A stretch of 64,000 bases of DNA. Source: Rhodospirillum sp. UBA1311. Lineage in GTDB: Bacteria > Pseudomonadota > Alphaproteobacteria > Rhodospirillales > Rhodospirillaceae. The DNA lies in NCBI GenBank assembly GCA_002307145.1, contig DBTR01000033.1:25299-89298 (forward strand). Direction: 5' to 3'. Under the pieces are notes generated by a model. It saw only the letters and a list, made by a program, of their open reading frames with translations, had not been told where the DNA came from and ran no database searches. How positions within the stretch are numbered: position 1 is the first letter of the stretch; each line of letters begins with the position of its first letter. Positions 11,102 through 21,207 of this stretch are shown here, piece after piece. The position numbers and the translations under genes are program-made.

Positions 11102-12225
11102 CGCGGCACCACGCGGTCGTAGATCTCGCGGAAGCGCGCCGCCACGCCCGGCCAGGCGTAGCGCCCCGCCAGCGCGATCGCGGCGCGGCGTTTTTCGGCA
11201 AAGTCGGCGGACTGGCGCTGGAACGCCGCCTCGACCCTGGCCGCCGAGGCTCTGGGATCGGCGACGTCGATCACCGTGCCCTCGCCCAACGCGTCGACGA
11301 GCTTGGTGAACGGCGCGAGCGGCGAGACGATCGGCAGCAGCCCCGCCGACATCCCCTCGACGATGGTCAGTCCGAAGCCCTCGTAGCTCGACGCCGATGC
11401 GATGTAGCCCGAGCGTCCGACCAGGGCGCGGAGTTCGGCGTCGTCCGGCTTCAGGCGAACTTCCACCCGCTCCGCCACGCCCCTTTGCCGCGCGTGGTTT
11501 TCAAGGCTTTCGACGGTTTCCGCATCCGGCACTCCGGCCACGATCAACCGCCACTCCGGATTCTCGGATTGCAGCGCGGCGGTGAGGTCGATCAACGCGG
11601 GCACTCGCTTGTTGCCCGACCAGCGGCCGATGAAGATCATCGTTCGGGTCGGCGTCTTGCTGCCGGCGTCGGCCCATTTCTCGATGTTGACGCCGTTTTC
11701 GAGCGCCACGGTCTGGCGCGGCGCGATGCGGCGGAAGGTCGCGGCGTCGTTCTCGCTCGACGCGCAGATCGCGGCATAACCCGCCGCCGAGGCGCGGCTG
11801 ACGGTCTGGAAATAGACCTTTTTCGCGGTCGCGGCGAATTCGGTATGGAAGAACCCGCCATGGGTCGAGGCGACCAGCGGCAGGCGGTGCAGCGGCCTCG
11901 CCCACGCCATGAAATCGAAGAAGAAGTCCACCGCGTGGACGTGAACCAGATCCGCGCCCTTCACCGCGCCCAGCACCGACGGCGCGAGAGGATAGCGCTT
12001 CGAGCCGCGCCACGGGATGCGCGTGACCGGGATGCCGTCGATCGTCTCGCGGGCGGGCAAGGTCGCCTCGGGCGCGGAGAACAACCGGTCGAGGGTGACG
12101 AGGCGGACGTCGATGCCGGGTTGCGCCGCGAGGTGGCGACAAAGGTTGGCGACGGCATCTTCGAGGCCGCCGATCGACGGCGCGTATTGCCGCACCACGT
12201 GGACGACGCGCAACGGTTCACTCAT
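11098..12225 (-). CDS. GT4 glycosyltransferase, GumH/AceA-like alpha-mannosyltransferase
   Basis: VVHVVRQYAPSIGGLED, HVHAVDFFFD, STHGGFFHT, EGFGLTIVE (EX7E). Confidence 0.85.
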   Translation of the reverse strand: MSEPLRVVHVVRQYAPSIGGLEDAVANLCRHLAAQPGIDVRLVTLDRLFSAPEATLPARETIDGIPVTRIPWRGSKRYPLAPSVLGAVKGADLVHVHAVDFFFDFMAWARPLHRLPLVASTHGGFFHTEFAATAKKVYFQTVSRASAAGYAAICASSENDAATFRRIAPRQTVALENGVNIEKWADAGSKTPTRTMIFIGRWSGNKRVPALIDLTAALQSENPEWRLIVAGVPDAETVESLENHARQRGVAERVEVRLKPDDAELRALVGRSGYIASASSYEGFGLTIVEGMSAGLLPIVSPLAPFTKLVDALGEGTVIDVADPRASAARVEAAFQRQSADFAEKRRAAIALAGRYAWPGVAARFREIYDRVVPR

Positions 12226-12985
12226 GCTTCATCGGTCCGTACTGAAGGCGCAGGCGCGCGCCGTGAAAAAGAAACACCACGCCGCCGAGAATATAGCGCC
12301 GCCACAGCCGCCCCGGCTCCTGAATCAGGCGGAACAGCCATTCGAGATGCAGCTTGCGCCAGGATTCCGGCGCGCGGGGAAAGCGCCCGGCGAGGAAGTC
12401 GACGATCGCACCGCCGTTGAGGATCACCGCCGGACGGTCGAGTTTGGCCGCGAGCTCGGCGGCCACCGCCTCCTGGCGCGGCATCCCCATGGCGAGGAGG
12501 AAGACCTCCGCGTCGGAGGCCAGCAGGCGCTCCACCGTCGCGGCGTGGCCCTGGAAGCCGTCCATGGTCAGCACCACCGGATTGCCCCAGCTCCGCACCA
12601 CCTCCGCGCCTTGAGAGAGCCAGGGTTCGGCGGTGCCGCAGATCGCGACGCGGCGGCCCTTGCAGGCCTGCACCATCTCGGGATTGAGGTCGGTGCCGTT
12701 CATGTTGAGCCCGGCGGGCGCGCTCAACAGGCGCAGCATCAGGGCGATGCCGATGCCGTCGCGGAACAGGTAGTCCGCGCCGACGAGGTCGGCATGGAAC
12801 TTCGGATCCTTGAGCGCGAGGTTGAACCCATGCGCATTGAGGAACGACACCACCACCGGGCGCTCGGCGGCGTCGAGGCGTGCGAGGAACGCCGCCTTCG
12901 CCGCGGCGTCGTCGACCCGGTCGAGACGCGCCAGCAGCGCGATCTCGGTGGATTTCGCAGGTTGCCGCATTCCTTCCCCTTTCAC
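12218..12985 (-). CDS. WecB/TagA/CpsF (GT26) glycosyltransferase, GumM-like
   Basis: FLNAH, RDGIG, NMNGTDL, AMGMPRQE, LEWLFRLIQEP; start could be 12970. Confidence 0.88.
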   Translation of the reverse strand: MKGEGMRQPAKSTEIALLARLDRVDDAAAKAAFLARLDAAERPVVVSFLNAHGFNLALKDPKFHADLVGADYLFRDGIGIALMLRLLSAPAGLNMNGTDLNPEMVQACKGRRVAICGTAEPWLSQGAEVVRSWGNPVVLTMDGFQGHAATVERLLASDAEVFLLAMGMPRQEAVAAELAAKLDRPAVILNGGAIVDFLAGRFPRAPESWRKLHLEWLFRLIQEPGRLWRRYILGGVVFLFHGARLRLQYGPMKHE

Positions 12986-14034
12986 GCCGCCCTCCGCCCC
13001 GGCCGCACCGGCAGCGCGATCCGCGCTAGCAATGCGGCATGGCGCTCCACCGCGAGGCCGATCGGCACCAGCAGCAGCGGGCAGATCATCCCCGCCGCAA
13101 CGCCGAGGACGAACTGGGTGCCGACGTCGAAGATGCCGAGCTTGACCAGGATCGTGCGCATACCCGCGCCGAAGATCACATGGGTGAGGTAGATGATCAT
13201 GCTGTTGGCGCCGACGAATGCCAGCACCTTCGAGAGCAATCCCGGCGGCTCGGATTGGCGCGCCGCGAACTCGACGAAGCCCTTGTAGGACGCCAGCACC
13301 AACGCGATCGAGATCAACGGCAGGAGGTCGTCGCGGCCGCCGACGAGCAGGCTGCCGAGCCCCAGCGCCACGGAGCAGAGCACGACGAAGACCAGCGGAT
13401 GCCCCCTGCCCCGGTCAAGCACCGGGTTGCCCGCGATCATCCCGAGGAGCAGGAACGGCAGGTGCCAGACGAACTGGCCGAGCAGGAACCAGTACGGCCC
13501 CGCCTCCATCGCCGCGCGCAGCCAGTCGTCGAGGGCGATCCGCGCCGCCAGCACCGCCGCGAACGCCAGCATCTGCACGCCGCGCGACGCCCTGAACGCA
13601 GGCAGCAGCCCGGCGACAGCGGTGGCGGCGAACAGCACCCCCAAAAACCAGAACTGCTGTGCCGGCGGGAACGGCGCGGTGAGCAGGTCGGTCAAGCTGA
13701 CCTTGAGGTTGGAACTGCCGGAAAAGACGTATTGCATCCCGACCTGGATGTACGACCACACCACCAGCGGCCCGAGCAGGACGATCGCGTTCCGCTTGAG
13801 CATGCCGAGGTAGCCATGGCGCGCCACCGTGGCGGCGAAGAACAGCCCGGCGAGATAGAAGAACAGCGGCATGTGATAAAGGTAGAGCGCCCAATCCACC
13901 GCCTGCCACGTCGGGTCGAAAACCAGCAGGTCGGAGCGTTCGAGACCGCGCATGATATGGCTCGCCACCACCAGGAGAATGCCGAGGGCCTTGGCGTAAT
14001 CGGGGGCGAGGGAAAGCCGGTCGGGATTGCGCAT
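12982..14034 (-). CDS. Acyltransferase-3 family O-acetyltransferase (GumF/G-like)
   Basis: DYAKALGILLVVASH, YHMPLFFYLAG, QFWFL, SMIIYLTH. Confidence 0.85.
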   Translation of the reverse strand: MRNPDRLSLAPDYAKALGILLVVASHIMRGLERSDLLVFDPTWQAVDWALYLYHMPLFFYLAGLFFAATVARHGYLGMLKRNAIVLLGPLVVWSYIQVGMQYVFSGSSNLKVSLTDLLTAPFPPAQQFWFLGVLFAATAVAGLLPAFRASRGVQMLAFAAVLAARIALDDWLRAAMEAGPYWFLLGQFVWHLPFLLLGMIAGNPVLDRGRGHPLVFVVLCSVALGLGSLLVGGRDDLLPLISIALVLASYKGFVEFAARQSEPPGLLSKVLAFVGANSMIIYLTHVIFGAGMRTILVKLGIFDVGTQFVLGVAAGMICPLLLVPIGLAVERHAALLARIALPVRPGRRAA

Positions 14035-15374
14035 CACCCCTCCACCCGCCGGAGCGGCGGCGTTAGGGGGCGGGAGAGCGCCGGGCGCGGCGCGTTGTTG
14101 GCCTTGGCGGCGGCGAAGTCGCGCGCGGCGAGGCAGCCCGCGACCAGCCACAACGGCGCGCTCACCTTGATCGAGAAGATCGCGGCGCCGACCATCAGGT
14201 TGACCGAAATGAACAGCAGGGCGCAGAAGGCAAATCGCCGAGACAGCGCGGTACCGGAAGGCAGCAGCACCCAGATGAACGCCCAGTAGTACAGCAGTCC
14301 GATCAGGGTCGTGCCGAGCACCAGGTAGGCATAGCCGCTGTCGCCGGTATGGGTGATCTTGACCAGGTCGCCGGTGATGAAATCGCCGAGATCCATGTGG
14401 GCGAGAAGCGCGAGGGTATTACCCATCCGGCCCGAGAGGGTGTCGGAAAAGCTCATTTCGCCCGGGCGGTAGAACAGCACCGCCGAAATGAAGAGGATGC
14501 CCGGGATCACCATGCCATAGGTCCATCGCGGCAGCTTGGGGAAGATCTTGTAGCCGAGCGCCATCAGCAGGCAGAGCATCGAGCCGGTGCGTGTGCTGTT
14601 GCACATGATCATGAACACGATGGCGAAGGCGAAGAGCAGGCGGTCGCCCCGTTTCATGTTTGCCCAGAACGTCACGGTGAAGATGCACAGCACCATTGCG
14701 AAGTTGGCGAGCGAAACCTGTTCGAGGAAGACGGACGACAGGCGGCGATTGTCGAACAGGCCGAACGAAAACCGCCCGGCGAAGCCGAGCGAATTGCGGA
14801 ACAGGCCGGTGGTGTCGACGGAGAGCTTCTCGATGCCGCGGGTGTTGGCGAAGTAGTCGGCGGGACGGAACAGCCAGACATAGAAGCTGACGGCGAAGCC
14901 TTCGATCAGCAGGACCGCGAGGACCACCAGCACGATTATCCGGAACACCGGAATCATCCGTTCCTGCGACGCCTGAGTGCCGACGAGGAAGAACACGCAC
15001 ATGATCGCGAAGTCGCGCGGCGCGCGGAGGAAAATCTGGCCATTGGTCACCGAAACCCACGCCACCAGCACCATCACCACCAGGAACGACCCGATGATGA
15101 AGCTCCGCAGCGGCGCGAGCTTGCTGAACCGCATGCCGAGGAACAGCGCCGCGCAGAGCAGGATGAAAAGTTCGGTGGCGGCGACGTGGGCCTCGCTCAG
15201 GTGCACGCCGTGGCCGTTGATGAACCCGAGGACGGCATTGTAGAAGATCGCCGCCCACAGCAGCAGCCATGGCATCCGCGACGACCACGCCTTCTGCGGC
15301 CGGGCGACGGGCATGCCGCCGAGTTGCGGCGTAGGTGCGGAGGCTGTCGCGAGGGGCACGTCCGGCTCCGTCAT
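14034..15374 (-). CDS. Polysaccharide polymerase (GumE/Wzy-like)
   Basis: Multi-TM; RLSSVFLEQVSLANF and DSGYAYL motifs; start at MTEPDVP. Confidence 0.75.
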   Translation of the reverse strand: MTEPDVPLATASAPTPQLGGMPVARPQKAWSSRMPWLLLWAAIFYNAVLGFINGHGVHLSEAHVAATELFILLCAALFLGMRFSKLAPLRSFIIGSFLVVMVLVAWVSVTNGQIFLRAPRDFAIMCVFFLVGTQASQERMIPVFRIIVLVVLAVLLIEGFAVSFYVWLFRPADYFANTRGIEKLSVDTTGLFRNSLGFAGRFSFGLFDNRRLSSVFLEQVSLANFAMVLCIFTVTFWANMKRGDRLLFAFAIVFMIMCNSTRTGSMLCLLMALGYKIFPKLPRWTYGMVIPGILFISAVLFYRPGEMSFSDTLSGRMGNTLALLAHMDLGDFITGDLVKITHTGDSGYAYLVLGTTLIGLLYYWAFIWVLLPSGTALSRRFAFCALLFISVNLMVGAAIFSIKVSAPLWLVAGCLAARDFAAAKANNAPRPALSRPLTPPLRRVEG

Positions 15375-16405
15375 CGTTGCATCGCTTGTTTCAGGATTTC
15401 GATCTGCGGGAAGCGCGCCGGATCGGGGGGATAGACGTTGAACATGTAGTTTCCGAACCAAGGTGCTGCCGCCCAATAGGTCCAGCCTTTCCATACATCG
15501 GCATTGTCGGCCATGTATTGAAGGGTGTTCTTGAGCGCTTCCATGCACACCGGATCCTTCGACGCGCCGAACTCGCCGAGGAAGCCCTTGTTGCCGGTCT
15601 TCCTCGCCCACTCGGTGAACGCCTTGAGCCGCTCGACGCCGATCGTCGCCGAGACGCAGGAGGCATTGGTGCCCGAGGTGTTGGCGTCGAAATACTGGTG
15701 GACCTCGAAGACGAAGTTGCGCGCCGGGTCCTTGAGGCCGCCGAGGGCCTCGGCGTTGGAGAGCGCGCCGTCCTTCGCCAGCCAGGCGTGCGCGCCCGAC
15801 CATTTGGTACCCGGCACCAGGACCAACTGCCGCGCGCCGGCCTGGCGGATCGCGGCGAGCGCGCCCTCGGCGAGCGGCGCCCAATCGGCGGCCTTGTGCT
15901 TGTTCGGCTCGTTCATCAGCCCGAAGGCGACTGAGGGATGATCCTTATAGCGCACCGCCAGCCGCCGCCAGAGATCGAAGAAGGCGTCGTTCGGCACGTC
16001 CGCAGAGCCGATCAACTGGTCGTAATAGGCCGCATAGTTGTGGACGTCGAGGATCACCGTGACGCCCTTTTCGTCGCCGCGCTTGACCAAGGCGTCGAGG
16101 CGCCCGGCTTCCGCCTCGTCGAGCGGGCCGAACAGCTTCGGCTGCATCCGCTCCCACAGGAACGCGATGCGGAAGGCGTTCGCGCCAAGCCCGGCGTAGA
16201 GGTCGATGTCGTCGGGCTTGGGCCAGAGATAGTTGACGCCATGGACGCCGGGACGAACCTTGCCGCCGAACCCGGCATTGGCGAGGTTGACCCCGACGAG
16301 TTCGGGCTTGGCCGCACCCGCGGCCTGCGCGGGTTGCGGGTTGGCCAGGGCGGCGGCAATCAGCAGGAAACAGGCAAACAGACGAGCTGCGATCACGGCA
16401 GGCAT
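15371..16405 (-). CDS. Secreted GH5 endoglucanase
   Basis: Signal peptide; GVNLA, WERMQP, DVHNY, LMNEP (acid/base), EVHQY, LGEFG (nucleophile). Confidence 0.9.
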   Translation of the reverse strand: MPAVIAARLFACFLLIAAALANPQPAQAAGAAKPELVGVNLANAGFGGKVRPGVHGVNYLWPKPDDIDLYAGLGANAFRIAFLWERMQPKLFGPLDEAEAGRLDALVKRGDEKGVTVILDVHNYAAYYDQLIGSADVPNDAFFDLWRRLAVRYKDHPSVAFGLMNEPNKHKAADWAPLAEGALAAIRQAGARQLVLVPGTKWSGAHAWLAKDGALSNAEALGGLKDPARNFVFEVHQYFDANTSGTNASCVSATIGVERLKAFTEWARKTGNKGFLGEFGASKDPVCMEALKNTLQYMADNADVWKGWTYWAAAPWFGNYMFNVYPPDPARFPQIEILKQAMQR

Positions 16406-16488
16406 CCTTTCAATGGAATCCCCCGATGAAACCGGTCGTTCGTTGGCGCGGCCCCGATGGACCGTGCGTCCCCCTGTCGCCCGGCGCG

Positions 16489-17271
16489 TCAGGCCGAGAA
16501 CCGAGAATCGTTGAGAATGGTTCCGAGAAAATTCCGCCCGGTGAGGCTTTCGGCGCATGCGCGCACCTGCGCGATCGGCGAAACCCCGTCGCGCACCACC
16601 AGGAGCACGCCGTCGACCTGGGGAAGGAACGCGAGGGTGTCGTCCTGGGTCAGAAGCGGCGGCATGTCGTAGATCACGATCCGGTCGGGATAGCGCGACT
16701 TCAGCTCCGCCGCCAGCCGCGCCATCTTCGGCGTGCCGAGGAGTTCGGAGGAATCGTGGAGCGAACCTGCCACCGGCAACACCACCAAGCGCTCGACGTT
16801 CGGCTTCACCAGGCAGTCGGAAAGCGGCACGTTGCGCAGGAGGTAGTCGGAGAGGCCGAGCGCGGGCTCGATGCCGAGGAATTCGTGGACGCTCGGCTTG
16901 CGCATGTCCATGTCGACCAGCAGCACGGTCTGCTTGACGTCGAGCGCGAGGCTCATCGCAAGATTGATCGCGATCGTGGTCTTGCCGTCGCCGTACTGCG
17001 GGCTGGTGATCGCGAGGGTGCGCAGGTTCGCGCTTTCCATCTGCTGGATCACCTTGGTGCGCAGCATCCGGAACAGGTCGATGTTGTCGCCCTTGCCGCT
17101 GCGCACCACGACGCGGTGGCGCTCCAGCTCGGTGGGCGAGAGCGGCCGGGTCATCGTCCGCACCGGCTCCGGCGGCGGCTCCGGGTCCGCTTCGAGCGGC
17201 GGCATTGCTGCCGCGAGAACCCGTTCCCGGTCTTCGCGCGCCTTCTGCAGTGCTTTTTCGAGCTTATCCAT
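16489..17271 (-). CDS. CpsD/CapB-family BY-kinase (Wzc cytoplasmic domain)
   Basis: ITSPQYGDGKTT, LVDMDMRKP, IYDMPP. Confidence 0.88.
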   Translation of the reverse strand: MDKLEKALQKAREDRERVLAAAMPPLEADPEPPPEPVRTMTRPLSPTELERHRVVVRSGKGDNIDLFRMLRTKVIQQMESANLRTLAITSPQYGDGKTTIAINLAMSLALDVKQTVLLVDMDMRKPSVHEFLGIEPALGLSDYLLRNVPLSDCLVKPNVERLVVLPVAGSLHDSSELLGTPKMARLAAELKSRYPDRIVIYDMPPLLTQDDTLAFLPQVDGVLLVVRDGVSPIAQVRACAESLTGRNFLGTILNDSRFSA

Positions 17272-17293
17272 GCTGTACGTCGACTCGCTTCGC

Positions 17294-19057
17294 TCAGTTG
17301 ATTCCGAGGCGCATGGACAAAAGCGTCCAGGCCAGATCGAGAGGCATCACCGCCTGATCGAAGGCGAATAGTCCGGCACCGACGGCAGCAACGCCGCCAA
17401 CGAACGCAGCGGCATACTTGTTCCGGCGGTGCCGCCGTTCCTCGATGGTGTAGATATGGGGAATGATCACCAGAGGCACATAGCCGGTAATCGCGGCGAG
17501 ATGGCCCGCACCGTGGACGCGGCGCGACAGGACCTCGGTCACCACGATCGCGCCGAACCCGCACATCACCGAGAACAGGAAGCCGCCAAGCAACAGAAGC
17601 GAACGCGGCGGACGGGTGCGGGTCGGAACTTCCGGCGGGTTGATCACCGAGAGCCGCTGCGCCTTGCGGTCCTGCTCCATCTGCGCGCTCATTTCGGCGA
17701 CCTGCTTCTTCGCCTTCAAATCGCGATAGCGCGCCTGGGCATTGTCGTAGTCGCGAGTAAGCGCGGCGAATTCCTGCTCGATCCCCGGCGCGGCGGCCAC
17801 TGCCGCCTCGTATCCGTCGTGCTGTTTCTGCACTTCGGTCATCTGCTTCTGCAGCGACTTCACCTGTTCCTCGGTGGCGTTCATCTGCGCCACCAGCATC
17901 AGGTAGGCCGGGTTGTCGGCATCGGACTTGAGCGTGCCGCGATTGTTGGCGCGCGAGGTCGCGGAAAGCCGGGCCTCAAGCGCCGAGATCGAATCCTTCG
18001 CCGCACGCACGTCCGGGTGGTTCGGCCCATAGGTCTTCTCGATCGTCGCAAGGTGGGCGCGCGCATCGGCGATCTGGGCTTCGAGCGCGGCGCTTTGCCC
18101 GCCGCCACGGGTCTCGGCGCGCAATGCCTCGATCTGCGAGGTCAGCTTGACGACGTCGGGGTGGCGCGGGCCGTACTGGCCGGAAATCGCCGCGAGCTTC
18201 GCCTCCATCACCTTCAACTGGGTGGCGGGCGTGGTCATCAGCTCGCCCTCGGCGATCACCCGGGTGTAGGGGTCAACGGTGGAGAGTTGGGCGCGGAGAT
18301 CGCCCCGGGTCTTTTCGAGCATGCCGAGCTGGGACTGGATACCCTGGATGTTGAGCGCGGTGGTCGCAGCCATCTGGCGGTTGAAGGCGAGGGATTCCGG
18401 ACGGCTGTTGGGATACTGGTCGCGGAATTCGGCAACTTTCCGTTCCTGCTCCAGCATCGCGTTTTCAAGCTGCTTCAGCTGCGCGTCGAGGAAGGCAAGG
18501 GTTTCCCGCGTCTGGGCGCGGCGCTGCTTCAAGTCTTCGTCGAGGAAGCGGGAAACGAGCTCGTTGGTGACCTGTTGGGTCTTGAGCGGATCGCCATAGT
18601 CGAAGCTCACGGTGAACGCGGTCGCGCCCAGCTGCCCGGCGCTCATCTTGTTCGCCGCGGCAGGATTCGAGATGTCGGCGCTCAACATCTCAAGCTTGAC
18701 CTTCTCCGCCATGCCCGCGGCGATGTCGGAGATCGGCGTGCGTTGCCGCGCGTCGTGATACAGGTCGAACTTGGTGATGATCTCCACCAGGCTCGAAGTC
18801 GAGGTGACGACCTGCTGGATCTGGGTGATCCGCTGGTCGACGAGCGCTTGAAGCATATCGGCGGCATTCATCCCCACGGGAATGGTCATGCCTTCGGGAA
18901 TGTCGGAGGGCACCACCTGGATCGTGGCGGTAGAACGATACTTTGAATAGTTGAGCGCGCCGAAAATCGCCAGCGCAAGAACAACGACAAAGGTGATAAG
19001 GAAAGCTTTCTTTCGTCGGAGAACAATAGCCAAGTAGTCGTAAATTGAATATTCCAT
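17294..19057 (-). CDS. Polysaccharide chain-length determinant (GumC/Wzc periplasmic domain)
   Basis: N- and C-terminal TMs, long coiled coil, two YGPxHPDV motifs. Confidence 0.88.
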   Translation of the reverse strand: MEYSIYDYLAIVLRRKKAFLITFVVVLALAIFGALNYSKYRSTATIQVVPSDIPEGMTIPVGMNAADMLQALVDQRITQIQQVVTSTSSLVEIITKFDLYHDARQRTPISDIAAGMAEKVKLEMLSADISNPAAANKMSAGQLGATAFTVSFDYGDPLKTQQVTNELVSRFLDEDLKQRRAQTRETLAFLDAQLKQLENAMLEQERKVAEFRDQYPNSRPESLAFNRQMAATTALNIQGIQSQLGMLEKTRGDLRAQLSTVDPYTRVIAEGELMTTPATQLKVMEAKLAAISGQYGPRHPDVVKLTSQIEALRAETRGGGQSAALEAQIADARAHLATIEKTYGPNHPDVRAAKDSISALEARLSATSRANNRGTLKSDADNPAYLMLVAQMNATEEQVKSLQKQMTEVQKQHDGYEAAVAAAPGIEQEFAALTRDYDNAQARYRDLKAKKQVAEMSAQMEQDRKAQRLSVINPPEVPTRTRPPRSLLLLGGFLFSVMCGFGAIVVTEVLSRRVHGAGHLAAITGYVPLVIIPHIYTIEERRHRRNKYAAAFVGGVAAVGAGLFAFDQAVMPLDLAWTLLSMRLGIN

Positions 19058-19103
19058 ATGCTGATGCCTCGTGGAATATCGCCGCAGTCCAAGGCTATGT
19101 CAT

Positions 19104-20300
19104 TCAGTCGATGCTAAACTCTTCCGGCTTGAACGTAAGCGTCATCATGACAGCGTCGGACGTGGCATCGGAGCTTCCGATTTCGCGTTCGCGATGGCGA
19201 TACATGAGGTTGAGGTTGAGCTTCTCCGTCAGACGATAGACCAGCTGCGGCGCGGCTTCGATATAGGTGATATCGGCGCTGCCGCCGGAATTGGAACCCG
19301 AGCGCTGCGAATTTTGATAAATTAACCCGAGTTTGAGATCGAGTTTCTGGCTGACGGTATGGGTTCCGTTGAGGCGGAACATCGTCGCCTGGGACTGCGC
19401 CCCCGACGACATCGATGAGGGCCGACGACTGAAATCGAAGGCGATCTTCTCGTTGAGGTCGGTGTAGGTCACACCGCCGCTGTAATAATAATCCCACTTC
19501 TCGCCGTCGCGGGCATTCGCCGTTTCGACGGTATAGTCGGTATCGGTGTACTGCACGCCGACCGAGATGTTGGTTTGCCAGCGCGGCGACAACTGGGCGA
19601 TCCAGCCGATCGAGGGAATCAGGTTGTCGGCGGTCACGCCCGGGCCCGACGTCGATTCATAGCGCGAACCTTCAAGCGCGAGCACGCCCGAATGCACCTC
19701 GTTGAACGCGTGCTTGATGCTCGGCTTGATGCTGGTGTTGCGGTAGTCGGTGTATTGGTCGCTGTCGTACTTCGAGTTCTGGAACGAACCGTCGAGGAGG
19801 AGCTGCTCGGTCTGGGTGATCGCGGTCTCGATGTGGGGCTGCAACGAATAGGTCGTATGGCGGACGCCCGCGACCGACAACCCCGACGAGGTCACGTCGC
19901 TCGTCCGGGTGGTGTCGTAGTTGTACGAGCCGCGCAGCTCCATCATGCCGGAGCTGAACCTCTGGCGGCCAAGGAAGTCGAGATACACGTCGTTCGAATT
20001 GAAGGCCGAATCATCGTACTGGTTGGCTTCGAGCTGGCCGCCGAACTGGACCTGCGACGCCCCGGTGTCATGCTTTGCCCGCAGCGTCGGCGTAAGGATG
20101 AGACCCGTGGTGCTCTCGGCGTTGTTGGCGCTCAAGAGCGGGTTGTCGTCGATTTCGAGCTTGGCCCCGCCGCTGGTCTCGATCTTCCAGTTTTCCGCGT
20201 GGGCCACGCCCCCCGCCGCCACCAGGGCGGCAGCGGACATGAGAGCAATACGGAAAACCGCAGCCGAACGATTGCGCATGGTTTCGTCCACCTTGGGCAC
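19104..20300 (-). CDS. EPS-associated outer-membrane beta-barrel protein
   Basis: Signal peptide, DDNPLLS motif, alternating beta-strand pattern; lies between wza and chain-length genes. Confidence 0.7.
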   Translation of the reverse strand: MPKVDETMRNRSAAVFRIALMSAAALVAAGGVAHAENWKIETSGGAKLEIDDNPLLSANNAESTTGLILTPTLRAKHDTGASQVQFGGQLEANQYDDSAFNSNDVYLDFLGRQRFSSGMMELRGSYNYDTTRTSDVTSSGLSVAGVRHTTYSLQPHIETAITQTEQLLLDGSFQNSKYDSDQYTDYRNTSIKPSIKHAFNEVHSGVLALEGSRYESTSGPGVTADNLIPSIGWIAQLSPRWQTNISVGVQYTDTDYTVETANARDGEKWDYYYSGGVTYTDLNEKIAFDFSRRPSSMSSGAQSQATMFRLNGTHTVSQKLDLKLGLIYQNSQRSGSNSGGSADITYIEAAPQLVYRLTEKLNLNLMYRHREREIGSSDATSDAVMMTLTFKPEEFSID

Positions 20301-20309
20301 GAGAGAGAA

Positions 20310-20879
20310 TTAGAACAGGCTCGCGGTGGGCACGACGACGACGTCGCCGGTTTGAAGAATGATGTCCTTGTCGAGCGACCGGCCCCGGATCACGTCGTCG
20401 TAGGGGAACGGGATCGCGACCTGCTTGTCGGCAGTGCGACGCAGGATGATGATCCGGCTTTCGGATGCATAGGGAGTGAGGCCACCGGCGGCGGAGAGCG
20501 CCTGCATCACCGTGACGCGGCGACCCGGGGTCTGCACGCCCGGCAGCTGGACCTGGCCGATGACGTTGACGACGTTGCCGAGCGCGGCCTTGACCGCGAC
20601 GGTCACGGCGGCTTCGGGAATATAAGGCTTCAGTCGATCCTTGATCGCAGCCTGGGTCTGCTCGGTGGTCATGCCCTGCGCGTGGATCGTACCGGCGAGC
20701 GGGAAGGTGATGCTGCCGTCGGGCATCACCAGGGTTTCGAGGTTCATGCCCTCTTCTTTCCACACGTCGATCTGCAGCACGTCCCCGGGGTTGAGGGTGT
20801 AATCGGGTTCGGCCGCCATCGCCACCGTGGAGCACAACGCAATCAGAATGGGTGCAGCAAGAGACGTGATCTTTTTCAT
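20310..20879 (-). CDS. Polysaccharide export protein (Wza/GumB-like)
   Basis: YTLNPGDVLQIDVW, PDGSITFPLAG, SLBB-like VIGQV...LSAAGG; start MKKITSL. Confidence 0.9.
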   Translation of the reverse strand: MKKITSLAAPILIALCSTVAMAAEPDYTLNPGDVLQIDVWKEEGMNLETLVMPDGSITFPLAGTIHAQGMTTEQTQAAIKDRLKPYIPEAAVTVAVKAALGNVVNVIGQVQLPGVQTPGRRVTVMQALSAAGGLTPYASESRIIILRRTADKQVAIPFPYDDVIRGRSLDKDIILQTGDVVVVPTASLF

Positions 20880-21207
20880 GAAAGCCCCCGAAGTTCGAGC
20901 GAGTGCGAACCGATTGTCGACGCAATCGGGTTGGAAACGACCCTCGGTACCGGGTCCTCGCTTTAAACTACTGGAATTTTCGGCAAGTGCAATATGGACG
21001 CACGTCATTTTAACTGTTGCTCCGATGTTTTCCTCGCCTTGGCTGCAAACCGTAACCATTTAATCGATTGACCGAATCCCGGTTTTTGCGCTCGCTACCA
21101 TTGTCCCGCCGCCCCGACGTTGGTAACTATGAGGGGCACCTCGCGCAGCCGCCTGCATCCAATACCCGGTCCGAAGCGTTGCCTGTGACACCCCACGGAG
21201 ATTCCGG